A program made the translations under genes and the position numbers. Below the pieces are notes generated by a model. That model had not been told where the DNA came from. It saw only the letters and a list, made by a program, of their open reading frames with translations, and ran no database searches. From Rhynchobatus australiae (Eukaryota), in the NCBI GenBank assembly GCA_034780895.1, contig JAUZTB010000066.1:11719342-11783341 (forward strand): DNA of 64,000 nucleotides. The letters run 5' to 3'. Of the stretch, positions 38,300 through 50,751 are shown one piece after another (position 1 is the first letter of the stretch; each line of letters begins with the position of its first letter).

Positions 38300-38660
38300 T
38301 AAGATATCTCCTCAAATTTAAAATTCTTATGTGTTCAAATCCCTCTTTGGTTTCAGCTCTCCCTTCTTCTAACTGCCCTCCAGCCCTAGAACTGTGTTCT
38401 TAAACTCGTTGGCTTCTTGTGCAACCCTATATCCATTCCTCTATGATTGACATTCACATGGCCCTGATCTCTACAATACTGTCCATAAACCTTAAAGCTC
38501 GTTATCTTTCACTCCTGAAGCTGATTCTTAAGGCAAAATCTTTGTCTATGCTTTTGGTCACCTGTCATTGTATCTGTTGATGTGACTCATCCTAGTTATG
38601 TCTGATGTGTTCCTGTGATATCCCCTAGGATATATTACACCATTAAAAGAGTGGTATTAG
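38300..38660 (+). mobile_element. L2-like 3' fragment
   Basis: tttaaaattcttatgtgttcaaatccct...ctccagcccta. Confidence 0.55.
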
Positions 38661-38792
38661 GCATCTGAATCCTAATCTTTGCATTCATGAGGAAGAAACT
38701 GATTTTCATGTACTGTGGAGAAGAAAAATGCAATCCACTTTCAAATGTTGTTACTGGTGTTTAAAACATCTGATTTTTTTCTCTATTTTCAG

Positions 38793-38904
38793 ACTCATCG
38801 GGAGCTAGTAAAACTCTCTGAAGGTATTGGTTTTAGAATTCACATGATCAACAAAGCAGCTGAGGCTGCCAAAAAATTTGGTCCCAAGACATCAAATAAA
38901 TTTG
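38793..38904 (+). CDS. DDX52: DDX52 exon 6 ([37 protein letters not shown])
   Basis: ttttcag acceptor, gtgag donor; strong DDX52 similarity. Confidence 0.96.
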
Positions 38905-39252
38905 GTGAGTAATGTTACATATTTCCAAATTAAAAGGTTAAATTGGGTGGGAAAAGATGGGTCTAACATCGGGATTGAGCTCTAGTTGGTACCCTTGCCC
39001 TTGAAGGGTGATCAAGTATTGTAAGGGTTTTTATTGGGTACTAAATTGATACAGTAGTATTTGTAGCTGTGGAACTTTTCTGCATTTAAACTATTTCACA
39101 CTTTTGTGACGGGGAAAGAATGGTAGTAGATGGAAACTTTATGGGCAAGGGTTTCTTGTGTAACAGACCTTGTTATACCAGTGATAAGTACAGTGGTTCA
39201 GTTATCTGATTTTTAGAACCACATTTATTGAAATGCTTTTCTTTGTCTTCAG

Positions 39253-39325
39253 ATATTTTAGTGACAACTCCAAACAGACTGGTTTATCTGTTAAAACAAG
39301 ACCCTCCAGCACTGGACCTCAGCAG
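39253..39325 (+). CDS. DDX52: DDX52 exon 7 ([24 protein letters not shown])
   Basis: Read manually (too short for the ORF track); motif TPNRL; cttcag acceptor, gtttg donor; phases fit. Confidence 0.96.
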
Positions 39326-39384
39326 GTTTGATGCTAGTTTTTTTTTACACACATTTACTCAGAAGCCATAGTTGATGCATTGTA

Positions 39385-39972
39385 GACTTGTAGAGTTGTA
39401 CAGCACAGAAAAAGCCCTTTGGCCCTACTCATTCATACTAACCAAATGCCTGTCTGTGGTAATCCCATTTACCTACATTTGGCCAATATCCCTCTAAACC
39501 TTTCCTATGCATGTCCCTGTCCAAATGTCTAATAGCTGTTGTAATTGTACGTGCCTCTATCTCTTCCTCTGGCAGCTCGTTCCATACACCCACCTGCTCT
39601 GTGTGGAATGACTTGCTCTTAAGATCCCTTTTAAATCTTTCCCCTCTCACCTTAAACCAATGCCCTCTAGTTTTAGACCGGCCCCCCCCCCCCCCAATCT
39701 GGGGATAAGGCTGTGACTATCTGCCCTACTTGTGCCCCTCATAATTTGATAACCTTCTATAATGTCACCTCTTGGCCTCCTTCGTTCTAGGACACGGCTT
39801 ATTCAATCTCTCCTCGTAACTCACGTCCTCCAATCTAGGCAACATTCTGGTGATTGCATCCTTCCTAGAGTAATACTCCAAGTGCAATCTAACCAATGAT
39901 TTGTACAGTTGTAACATGATGTCCCAATTCTTATAGTCTGTACCTTGGCCGATATGGTTAAGCATATTATAC
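39385..39972 (-). mobile_element. CR1/HER1-like 3' fragment
   Basis: IMLQLYKSLVRLHLEY; RGERFKRD. Confidence 0.85.
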
Positions 39973-41638
39973 ACCTTTGATGTCTCTTTAGCTTTAATAC
40001 CCTAAAAAGCATAATATTCTGGTGGAATTTGTTTGTGTTTTAAAGTTGGCTAGTAAATTAAGTGCAATTAAACATTGCATTTGAGAATGTTTATTTTTGT
40101 TTGGTGTATCAAATGCCATGACAAATTTTAAGAGAATTCCTCATTTTTTTCCTTGGTTGTGAAGACCAAATGAGCTAAATCATACCAGATTTAATTGCTA
40201 GTCTGCTCAGATGGTTGATGTCATTTGCAATGGCAGTAGGTGTTTGACAGTCGGCCTCTGTACTACTTGATTTAGAGGTGAAAAATCAGTTAGTGTATCT
40301 ACTTCTAATTGCTAGCCTTTGACATTTGAAAAGTGCTGTAGTGATAGTCATGGTAAGATGNNNNNNNNNNNNNNNNNNNNNNNNNNNNNNNNNNNNNNNN
40401 NNNNNNNNNNNNNNNNNNNNNNNNNNNNNNNNNNNNNNNNNNNNNNNNNNNNNNNNNNNNGACTTGGCTGAGATCCCCATAGTCAAAAATCCTGCCACTA
40501 CTTTCAGACCAAACTCTCACGAGAGGCATGAATTGGTGCCTATTGTTTTTGAAACTGTATCCAGTCAGGCATTCTTTGTAAGTGAAAGGAAAGGGGAAAT
40601 GGGTGAAAAATGAAGTATATGTTGAATTGAGGACTGAAATTTAGACCACTGGATCTTTTCCTAAAACTTTCATTGGCATAATTTGGTATTATGACTTGTA
40701 TGTTACCACAGATGAAATCAATTCTGTATTTTGTGTACACGGTAAGGTGGAAATCTATTATCAACCTTCTGGCTATTCAGATGAATATTTTAAACAAATC
40801 TTGAGTTTTCTGTACCACAAGCATTTAACAAATTAAGAATGCGTTATGATAGGGTGAATGAATCCGATATCTTGTTGGTTTTTTTTTGAAGCTGTCTGTT
40901 GCAAGCAAGTATTTGTTGGGAACAATTTTATGCAAAGGTTGTTGAAAAATGGGGTTACTTAATAAAGGTGTTGATTAAAATTTAATCTTTTGCTTAGTAG
41001 GTAGTGAGTTGTGTGACATGGCCTTCACACTGATTAGAATTTCAGTCTTCATGTTTATGAAATGGTCATTTATAGTACACTAGCAGAAAACAGAATGATA
41101 TAAAATGAATATTGTATATACCAGAAAACATTTTAGGTCTTTAGCTCTGCCTGTCTCCATTTTTGCTAGAATAAAAATTATTTCCATTGTCTAGGAAAAA
41201 CATTTATCTCCATCAGTATTGCTCTTTTCAAAGTAGAGGTGACCCTGTGTTATAGCCAGTTGGGTAATGAAAATTCACCCTTACAGAATTCACAGATGGC
41301 TACCCAATGATTTGAGAAATGGAATGAAATTTGCTGTCACAGAACTTAATGTAAATTGGCACAAAATTTATTTAACTTTTCCATCTCTTGTTTCTTGATG
41401 CATGCGCATATGACGCAGCTTCATAATTATGTAAAATCACAAGGTGGACCATTTTCTAGGAACACACCCCTCTGTAATGCAGGGGTCGCCTGTAATGAGA
41501 ATGTTACTCAATTCTTGGCTCAGTTGGCTTTAAGTAACGTGTAGAATGTGCTGATGTCAGTTAACATCTGAATAATTTAGCAAAATATAAACTGAAATAG
41601 TTCTGGTTTCTGAAAATGGTCCTATTGATGAATTTCAG

Positions 41639-41842
41639 GGTGGAGTGGTTGGTTGTTGATGAATCGGATAAATTGTTTGAGGATGGCAAATCTGGATTTC
41701 GAGATCAGTTGGCCACCATCTTCCTGGCATGTACCTCTCACAACGTGCGGCGAGCTATGTTCAGTGCCACGTTTGCAATGGATGTGGAGCAGTGGTGCAA
41801 ACTGAACTTGGACAATGTGGTTTCAGTGTCAATTGGTATAAG
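41639..41842 (+). CDS. DDX52: DDX52 exon 8 (motif II DESD, motif III SAT)
   Basis: [17 protein letters not shown]...MFSATF; tttcag acceptor, gtgag donor. Confidence 0.97.
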
Positions 41843-41899
41843 GTGAGAAAAAGGACAACCATTGGTATTGTGCTAAGTTTACTAATTCCTAACCCAGTT

Positions 41900-44140
41900 T
41901 TAGAGTCATACAGCACCAATATGCCCTTTGACCCACCATGACTATGCAGACTGTCAGTACCTATCCATACTAATCCCATTTACCCCTACTTAGTCTGTAG
42001 CTTTCTATGCAATGACAATTCAAGTGCTCATCTAGATGCTTAAATGTTGGAAGAGTACCTACTCCACCACTCACTTAGGCAGTGTGTTCCAGATTCTAAC
42101 TACCCTGTAGGTGGAGAAAGTTCCCTTGTAAGCCTCTTACCCCATGCCTAAACTGGTGCTTCCTAATTATAGATACCTCTGCTATGGGGAAAAGTTTCCT
42201 GCTATCTAACCTCTCTATGCCCCTCCATTAGGTCCCCCCTTCAGCCATTTCTGCTTCAAGGGTTTAAGAAAAAACTATCTGGTGTCTCCTCATAACTGAG
42301 ACTGCATCATCCCAGGCAACTTCCTGGTGAATTTCCACTGCACCCCCTCTAATGTCCTTCCTGTATCGTAGCAACCAGAACTGTACACAGTACTCAAACT
42401 GTGGCGTAACCAAAGCTGTACCATAACCTCCCTGTTTTGTATGCTCTAGTTAATGAAGGCAAGTATCCCATATGTCTTCCTCACCACCTTAGCTATTTCA
42501 CCCACATGGTACAACCTTCAGGGATTCGTGAACTCCTACACTGAGGTCCTTCTGTTTCTTAATACTTCCTAAAAGCCTGCCATTCGTTGTGTATGTCTTT
42601 CCTTTATTAGTCCTCCCAAAGTACATCAACTCACATTTATCAAGGTTGAATTCCATCTACTAGAAACACTCAGCAGATCAGATAGCATCTCTGGAAGCAT
42701 AAACAGTTAAAGTTTCTGGTATGGGACCCTTCATCAGAACTGGAGTAGAGAAATACAAGTTAGTTTTCAGTAGGAGAGAAGGTGGAGGGATGTGTAGAAC
42801 AAAGGGAATATCTCTGAAAGGGTGTGAGTTCACATGTCTTAATGGGAACAATTACCACATTAAGCATCTTTATTTGTGTAATGTGATACAAAGAATGAAA
42901 GTCAGCTGCCTAAAATTAGATAATCCGATTTGATTTTGGAAGGCTACTGTGACCCCAATTGGAAGATAAAGTATTGTTTCTCAAACTTGGGCCTTGTTGT
43001 AACATTGCTAGAGGTCACAAACAGAAAGGCCAGAGTTGAAGCAGGATGGTAAATTAAAGAGGCAGGTAATCTGAAGCTCAGGTTTGGGTGATCGCTGCTG
43101 AGCATCTGCATTCATTCTGCATGGGTGATCCTGAGCTTCCCACCTCTTCACCTTTTACAACGCATTACACAGATAATGAAGCTTGATGTGCTGGTAACTG
43201 ACTCCATTAAGCCATTTGGACTCCTATCAGAGATATTCTCTTTGCTTTACACATTCCCTCCTCCACCTTTTCTCCTACTGAAAACTAACTTGTATTTCTC
43301 TCTTTCCCAGTTCTGACAATGGTCCCAGACCCAAGACATTAACTGCTTTTCCAGATGCTGCCTGACCTGAGTGTTTACAGCATTTTTTGTTTTTATTTCA
43401 GATTTCTAGCATCTGCTGTTTTCTTTGATTCATCTACCATTGCTCTGCCCATCTTATCAACTGATCAGTATCAGTCTGTAGTCTTAGACTATTTTCCTCA
43501 CTATCAACAACAGTACCAATTTTCTTGTCACCTGCAAATTTACTAATCATACCTCCTGCACTGGTGTCCAGATTGTTAATGTATGGACCCCAGCGCTGAT
43601 CCCTGTGGTGCAGTCTTCCAAACATAATATCAAACCTCCACCGTCACACTGTCTCCTATTTCCGATCCAATTTGCCTGAATCTCAGGAGCTGTAACCTTT
43701 CGGACCGGTCTCCCATGTGGGACCTTTTCAAAGGCCTTACTGAAATCCATGCATATGAATCTATATCAAATGAACTACCCTAATCAATGCATTTTTTTTA
43801 ACCACCTCAAAAAAATCAGTTAAATTGGTCAGACATGATATTCCCCCTAACACAACAATGTTAACTGTTTTTATTTAATCCCTGCGTTTCCAAGTGCAGG
43901 TTAATCCTGTCCTTCAGAATTTTTTCAATAAATTCCCTACCACTGGCATTAGACTTGCAAGCAATGACCTGGCTAATCCCTATTGTCCTTCAATAAATGT
44001 ACTATGTTTACTGTCCTCCAGTAATTTGTTACTTCACCTGTGGCCAGTGAAGATTTAAAAATCCTCATTATAGCCCATCAATCTCCTCCCTTACCTCCCA
44101 TAGCAGCCTGGGATACATCTCAACATGCACTGGGGATTTA
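41900..44140 (-). mobile_element. CR1-like LINE RT region, interrupted at 42661-43430
   Basis: MDFSKAFEKVPH and YINNLD...ISKFAGD RT motifs. Confidence 0.85.
42661..43430. mobile_element. Penelope-like insertion with ~160-bp inverted termini and a CATCTAC target-site duplication
   Basis: 42663-42823 is an imperfect reverse complement of 43222-43378; catctac at 42654-42660 and 43431-43437. Confidence 0.75.
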
Positions 44141-44624
44141 CTGTTTTCCTTTGGTAATATTTGCGAGATTGCATTTGTTTTATACTGTGAACATAAAACC
44201 ACTATTCAAATTCTGAATTGTGACCATAGTGTTACATTTTATTTAAAAGTTGCAAGCCCTTATTCTGGCTTTCACTGTAGAAAGGTGAACACAGTTATTT
44301 TCATTTGTACATATTCAATAATTTTATTTCCTCATTGTCGGGCCTTGATTAAAAGTGCAAAATTCAATTGAAAATTTCAGTGAGAAGCAGAGATTTGTGT
44401 GTTTTGTTCAATTCACTCCTTTTTAGTGATGTTATGCTGTTAATTTGATACAATATACTTAATTTTACTATCAACCTATTCTCATCTCAATTTGCATATA
44501 AATTGCATATGGATATAACATGTGATCTCTAGATTGAACTGCTTTTGTTAGCAAAAAAAATTGTTTGGACTGTATCAGTTGGTTTACTAGATGTTTTTCA
44601 TAAGCAGAAATGATTGTTAACATA

Positions 44625-44795
44625 AAACAGATAATGATGCAGATGCTCAGTAGGTCAGGTACATGTTGAGATTTCAGGTCAATGGCCTTTTCATCAGTTA
44701 TAATAACATTAATACTTTTTTCTCTGATAGATACTGTTGAAACAGCTGAATACTTGCAGCATTTCTGTTTTTTTTAGATTTCCAACTGCTGCAAC
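44625..44795. mobile_element. Short inverted Penelope-like remnant
   Basis: gatgctcagtaggtcagg ... gctgaatacttgcagcatttctg. Confidence 0.55.
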
Positions 44796-44848
44796 TTACT
44801 TTATGCTATTCTAGTTAAAAATGTACGTTTATTTTTGTTTTCTTTTAG

Positions 44849-44939
44849 GAATTCTGCTGTAGAGACTGTCGAGCAGGAATTACTTTTTGTAGGTACTGAA
44901 AATGGGAAATTGCTGGCAATGCGAGACCTAATTAAAAAG
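44849..44939 (+). CDS. DDX52: DDX52 exon 9 ([30 protein letters not shown])
   Basis: ttttag acceptor, gtac donor; phases fit. Confidence 0.96.
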
Positions 44940-46115
44940 GTACATAATAAATGGGACAATAAGCCCCACATCACCAGCATAACTGCTACTTACATAGCTC
45001 TTCAAAACACAAGTTTAGAAGATCATCCATCTGAGTTGAAATGTCCATGTTTTAGGAGTAGCAAGTGGTCTGCTGGAGTCCTGGTTGGGATTGAATTATT
45101 TGAATAGTATTAGTGATGGGTCAATAGCTATGTTGGATTGTAGCAAACTTTTTAGTCCTGGCATTGAAATATTAGCTCAGGCTGCACTGAAACTTTTAAT
45201 GTTATCAGCAAGTGAACAGCGACCAGAACTAAAATAATGCTTTTCTATAAGAATATTTCTGATTGTAATTCATTAGGAACCCTCCTTGGGTTTCTTATGA
45301 ACTTTAGTGCCTTGTGTACTTGTGTAATTTCCACTGCTTTCCACTACGTGGCACCAATTAATAATTTTGACATCTCAGTACTGTGCTGTCTTTTTTAAAG
45401 TGACTTTATAAAAATCACTAATTTCCCTTGTCTCATCAAATGCTTCTGCCTATCACTTCAAACTTTATATTTTCTTTCTTGATATCTTTATGTAATGTAT
45501 GCAATGAGCAGGTGCTCAACATTCCATTGAAAATAGCAGATAGTAAGTGTAATTCAAACCTCCTGTCAAGCTCTTCTTCCATTCCTTCCTCAAAGAAATT
45601 TTGCGAAAAGGTCGGAGTTATTTAGAACCTTCTGGCGGCTGCAGGGGAATCAGTGTTCCATCACACAGCCATCTATTTACTGCTAAACCGGGGAAATGTA
45701 CCTAATCTCACTGTTGAAACCTTTGTGTGATGGGTTGGTGGAGGTCAGTGAGGGTTTGGTTGGGTGGTGGTAGTTGAATATTATCCTTCATTATGAAGAT
45801 AAGTTTCATTTGCTGGCAGTGTTGGGTTGCCTTTAAATTGTACTTTAAATTAACAATTACCTATCCTTGCCTGGCAAAGCCAACCAATTCAATGTTGATT
45901 AGTCGTATGACCTTACTCCACATTAAACCTCCTTCATACTGACATCAAATGTTTTGTATAACACCATTTGTACAGATGAACATGTGGTGTTCTCAGTATT
46001 ATGTAAACACTCCCTTGCTTGGAGATGCAGTTTGAGATTGTAGCAGTGTGAATTGTTTCAATTGCATCAATATGTGAATCTGCTAAATTGTATTTCTTTG
46101 AAACTCTTTTTGAAG

Positions 46116-46238
46116 GGTTTTTCACCTCCAGTGCTAGTGTTTGTTCAGTCTATTGAAAGAGCAAAGGAGCTCTTTCGTGAGTTTATCTACGAAGGTATTA
46201 ATGTTGAAGTTATCCATGCAGAAAGAACACAGCAACAG
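46116..46238 (+). CDS. DDX52: DDX52 exon 10 ([20 protein letters not shown]...IHAERTQQQ), motif IV
   Basis: tgaag acceptor, gtaat donor; LVFV motif IV. Confidence 0.96.
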
Positions 46239-46831
46239 GTAATAGTGGTTTTTATTTTCTTGTATTTTGATTGAAGGAATCAAACTTCATAAATTATTAA
46301 AGAGTTGCAACACAATAACTTACATTTATCGGGTAATAATGATTGACAAAGTATTCCAAAGTGTCTTTTGGGGGGNNNNNNNNNNNNNNNNNNNNNNNNN
46401 NNNNNNNNNNNNNNNNNNNNNNNNNNNNNNNNNNNNNNNNNNNNNNNNNNNNNNNNNNNNNNNNNNNNNNNNNNNNNNNNNNNNNNNNNNNNNNNNNNNN
46501 NNNNNNNNNNNNNNNNNNNNNNNNNNNNNNNNNNNNNNNNNNNNNNNNNNNNNNNNNNNNNNNNNNNNNNNNNNNNNNNNNNNNNNNNNNNNNNNNNNNN
46601 NNNNNNNNNTGCTGTAGTCTGTCTCATTGTCAGAAATCTCCTCTGAATTTGCCAACCTTGGTTGCAAACAGTGGTGTAAACACCAGAATTCCCAGTAGAG
46701 ACATTGAACAGGTTAGTGAAGAGAACCGGGCAGACACTGCATTGTCTCAATTCCTTGGAAACTGTATTGTGGATCTGAAAATGAACTGGTTTAGTTGTAA
46801 ATCCCACAATGGAATAATTCATCAGAACTGA

Positions 46832-47182
46832 TCAGGATGGCACAGCTAGTAGAATTGCTGCCTCAACTCTAGCAACTAGGTTCAATTTGACTTCCAGTGC
46901 TGTCTGTGTGGATTTTGACATTTTCCCTGTGACTCTATGGATTCCCTCTGGGTGCTCTGGTTTCCTCCCACATCCCAAAAATGTGCAGGTTGGTAGGTTA
47001 ATTGAACACTGTAAATTGCCCCTGGTGTGTAAATGAATGGTAGAAAATGGGAGTACAGACAGTTGATGGGAATGTGGGGAAAATAAAATAGGCTATGATG
47101 GAATTAATGTAAAAATAGGTGCTTGATAGTTAGCGTGGACACGGTGGGTCAAAGGGTCTGTATCTGTGTTGTACGACTATAA
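46832..47182 (+). mobile_element. HE1 V-SINE
   Basis: Head ggatggcacagctagtaga, V-domain, CR1-type tail. Confidence 0.85.
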
Positions 47183-47769
47183 CTCATCGTCAAGATATGC
47201 ATTTGAGCCATGTATTGAAATACTGAGTGACTTAGGATGCCTTCTATTTTCGAACTTAAGGCTAAGTTATATATTGCATGTCTGACAACTACATCTAACA
47301 CCAATATTAATGAATTCTAGACTTACTAATCGGACTGAGCAACATTTGGTGTAATTTACATGTTTTATATAATGCTACAAGTGAACCCTACGTTACCTGG
47401 GGGGAGTGGTTGTGTTTCAACAAAATGGGCTGTATTGTGATTTTTATTTCCCATAACATGAAGCTACATCATCTGTGCATGAACTGCAAGTTTAAAAAGA
47501 AATGTGTTTTATTTACAGTTTTTTCCCACTTAAATTCCATGAAAGCATATTTTATTCCATATCACAAATTTTTGGGTACTGATTTGTGAATTCTGTAAGG
47601 GCAAATTTCTGTAACTTGAACAGCCTTAACGCAGGGCTCACCTGTATTTGTATGCATGAAAGTGTGACATACTAGGTATAATGTAAAATTATGCCAGGTC
47701 CCACTTGAATTTTGTGTTTGACAGTCTATGGATCCATAGCAGTTACATGCCTTTTTTTTCCCCCATCAG

Positions 47770-47920
47770 AGAGATAATGTAGTGTGCAGCTTCAGAGCAG
47801 GAAGAATTTGGGTCCTCATCTGTACTGCACTCATGGCTCGAGGTATTGATTTCAAAGGAGTGAGTTTAGTCGTCAATTATGACTTTCCAACCAGCGCTAT
47901 TGAATACATCCATAGAATCG
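47770..47920 (+). CDS. DDX52: DDX52 exon 11 (motif V ARGIDF, start of motif VI YIHRIG)
   Basis: catcag acceptor, gtgtg donor. Confidence 0.97.
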
Positions 47921-50675
47921 GTGTGTATGGAATTTTTCCTTTGTGCAATTGTTTGAAGAAAGAATATTCTGGTTAGCATAAAGTATTTTGGGCTTTATGA
48001 AGATGGATTTGTATTTTGCAATAAGTTGAAATAAGTTCCTAGATGGAGGATTTTGTACCCTTAAGNNNNNNNNNNNNNNNNNNNNNNNNNNNNNNNNNNN
48101 NNNNNNNNNNNNNNNNNNNNNNNNNNNNNNNNNNNNNNNNNNNNNNNNNNNNNNNNNNNNNNNNNNNNNNNNNNNNNNNNNNNNNNNNNNNNNNNNNNNN
48201 NNNNNNNNNNNNNNNNNNNNNNNNNNNNNNNNNNNNNNNNNNNNNATCTCTAGTGTGTGATTATAATTCCTTTCATTGAAGACAAAGGGTTAAATTCATA
48301 GGCTGACAAAGCCTCTTAATATTTACAATAAATTGTGTGCAATAACATCAGATTGCTGGCTTTTCAGAAGGCTGAGCATCTCTTTTGTGTTGGATTTATT
48401 TTGTTGGGTTGTTAATCCAGTAATTTTGGGTAATATAGTTATCATCCAATTTGGGAAGAGGAGAAAATTACACCATTGTTGAAAATTATTCTTGCCATCC
48501 ATACCTGAGGGAATAACTGAGTAATTTGGTCTCAGGTGTGCTGAAGTCATCACAAGAAGCTCCTAAGCTTGATTCCTAAGGGAACATCTCTGCAAGCTGT
48601 TTGGCACCTCCTGTTCAACATTCTGCCCATTTTCAGTGCAACCACCCAGTCAATTTATTGGTTGTAGACAAAAATAATGACTGCATTCCTTACATTCTTG
48701 AAAGTAAAATTTCTAATGTACAATCTTATTCTTCAAAACCTCAAACATTGATGCTGACATTCCACTGCATCCATGTGAAAGAAAAGTTGCTTCTACTGAA
48801 TTGCAGTGTATAGTTGAGCAGTACCAGAAGATGCAACAGCTAGCAAATTTGCTTTCAGTAAAATGTACAATAACCATGATATCCCATGACATCTTAGTGT
48901 TGGATTTTACCTGTCAGTGATAACTATATAGCCATGCAGATCTAGAGATCCTGGGATCTGTTTTGTTTTCCAGTCTCTCCTGCACTCTGAGTTGTATTGG
49001 CTGATTTCAGCAAGGATAGGAATGGAGGTGTTGAAAATCGCCTCTGCATCTTGGCTAGGGAATAGAAAAATCAACCAAGATTTTCACTCCTGCATGTGTG
49101 ACCACCATCAGACTTGGTTGTTAAGTCAACACTCAAAACAGCAGGGTTCAGCTGTGGAATTGTACTTCTGATGGATGGCCTTGAAAGTGCAAATAATTGA
49201 TGNNNNNNNNNNNNNTTATAATTCATGATTCTTCATACATCTTCTATTGTCAATTTTAGAGTCTGGTCATCATTGATAGCATACTAAGATTAATTATTGT
49301 AAATTTTAATAAATCAACAACATTCACTATTTGGATCTAATCAGCTGACTTTATCTAATGATGAATGAAAAACAAGTTAATTTAAAATAAATTATGTAAG
49401 GCTTTAGAATGCTAGAGGATATTTCTCCATAATAACACACATTTACGGAGTACTGCTTTCATTCTCGATTATCTCCAGCTTTTCACTCGCTTGATTAAAG
49501 GGCATTGATATTTAAGAAGATGCAGAATGCATTTTGCACCACCATCATCTTGGGTGAATGACTTTTGGTATCAGTTGTGAAAAAAAAATGTTGAGTACAA
49601 CACTTGGGGATGGTCCTGGTTGTCTGTGTGTAATCAAACGCAATCTTAATTGGAACAAGCAGGTAGGACCTATTGACCAAAGTGGGCATATTTCCTGATG
49701 CAGCACACAGTTGGTGCAGTGGAAAAATGATAGTTAAGATTATGACCTCTTGCTGGGAGGAGAGGACGCTACCACCTGGAAGCGCCTGTCTTTGAGAGGT
49801 GAAACTAGAAGACTGATCAATTCTGGCTGCTATTATGTGTCTCACAGTGGCATTTTCCCAGCCCTAGGTTCCCCTAGTTAAAGGTGGTTGATTGTAGGGG
49901 AATTATTTAGATATTTTATTCTTCAGCTCTCCCTTTGCTACAGAATAATAATAACAAAATCATACTTGAAAGCATGTATTATAGTTGCTGTTTATATGAA
50001 TATTCAGCAGAATAGGTGCAAGTCCAAACCATCTGGGTAAATGCTTCACATTGACCTAGGGTACTCGAATATAAGATGCTACAGATATGGATGGCCAATT
50101 AGCCCATTGGAACTCAGCCATCCTATGTAAACATAGTTGCCTCATTATGATATTCAAAGTTTCCAAGGGTTTGTCTCTACTGTCCAGGCATCCATGTCGA
50201 TTATTTTGTATAAAGACTTTGCTGACAAATTTGAAAGTCTGTATCCCTTTCCTATGATGTTAATGTGACAGTTTCCTAGGTTTATCTTATTTCTGCTGTT
50301 TATCTTGTACACATGTCCTACATTGCTGCCTTCATTGCCTGTTAAATTTGAAAATATTTCTGGTCTTTACTCATAACTCAGCCCTGTGGCACAAGAAAAC
50401 CCTTCCCCCTCCCCCTCCCCAACTTATTACACATTGATGTGGTTTTGACTGTTTGAATGGAGCACATTTCAAAGTTCCAGCACTAAAGCCTCTAACTTGT
50501 TTTTCAATCCTACAGAGTTCAGTATCTGTCTTTCTCTACTCTGCTATCTTTATGCAAAACTGCATTTTTATTATGTCTTGACAGCTTTCTATTTGTGCCA
50601 CCTTGTGTAGTGTCTGACATTATTTTACAGTGAAAAACCAATAACTGTTAGTAACCAATGTTCTGTTGTAACTAG

Positions 50676-50751
50676 GACGTACCGGAAGAGCTGGTCACCA
50701 AGGAAAGGCTATTACGTTTTTCACAGAAGATGATAAACCACTATTACGAAG
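50676..50751 (+). CDS. DDX52: DDX52 exon 12 ([25 protein letters not shown])
   Basis: Read manually; completes motif VI HRIGRTGRAG; actag acceptor, gtcag donor. Confidence 0.97.

Noticed and set aside
41658-41669. DESD instead of DEAD in motif II
   Set aside because: DESD is the normal motif in vertebrate DDX52, so not a novelty
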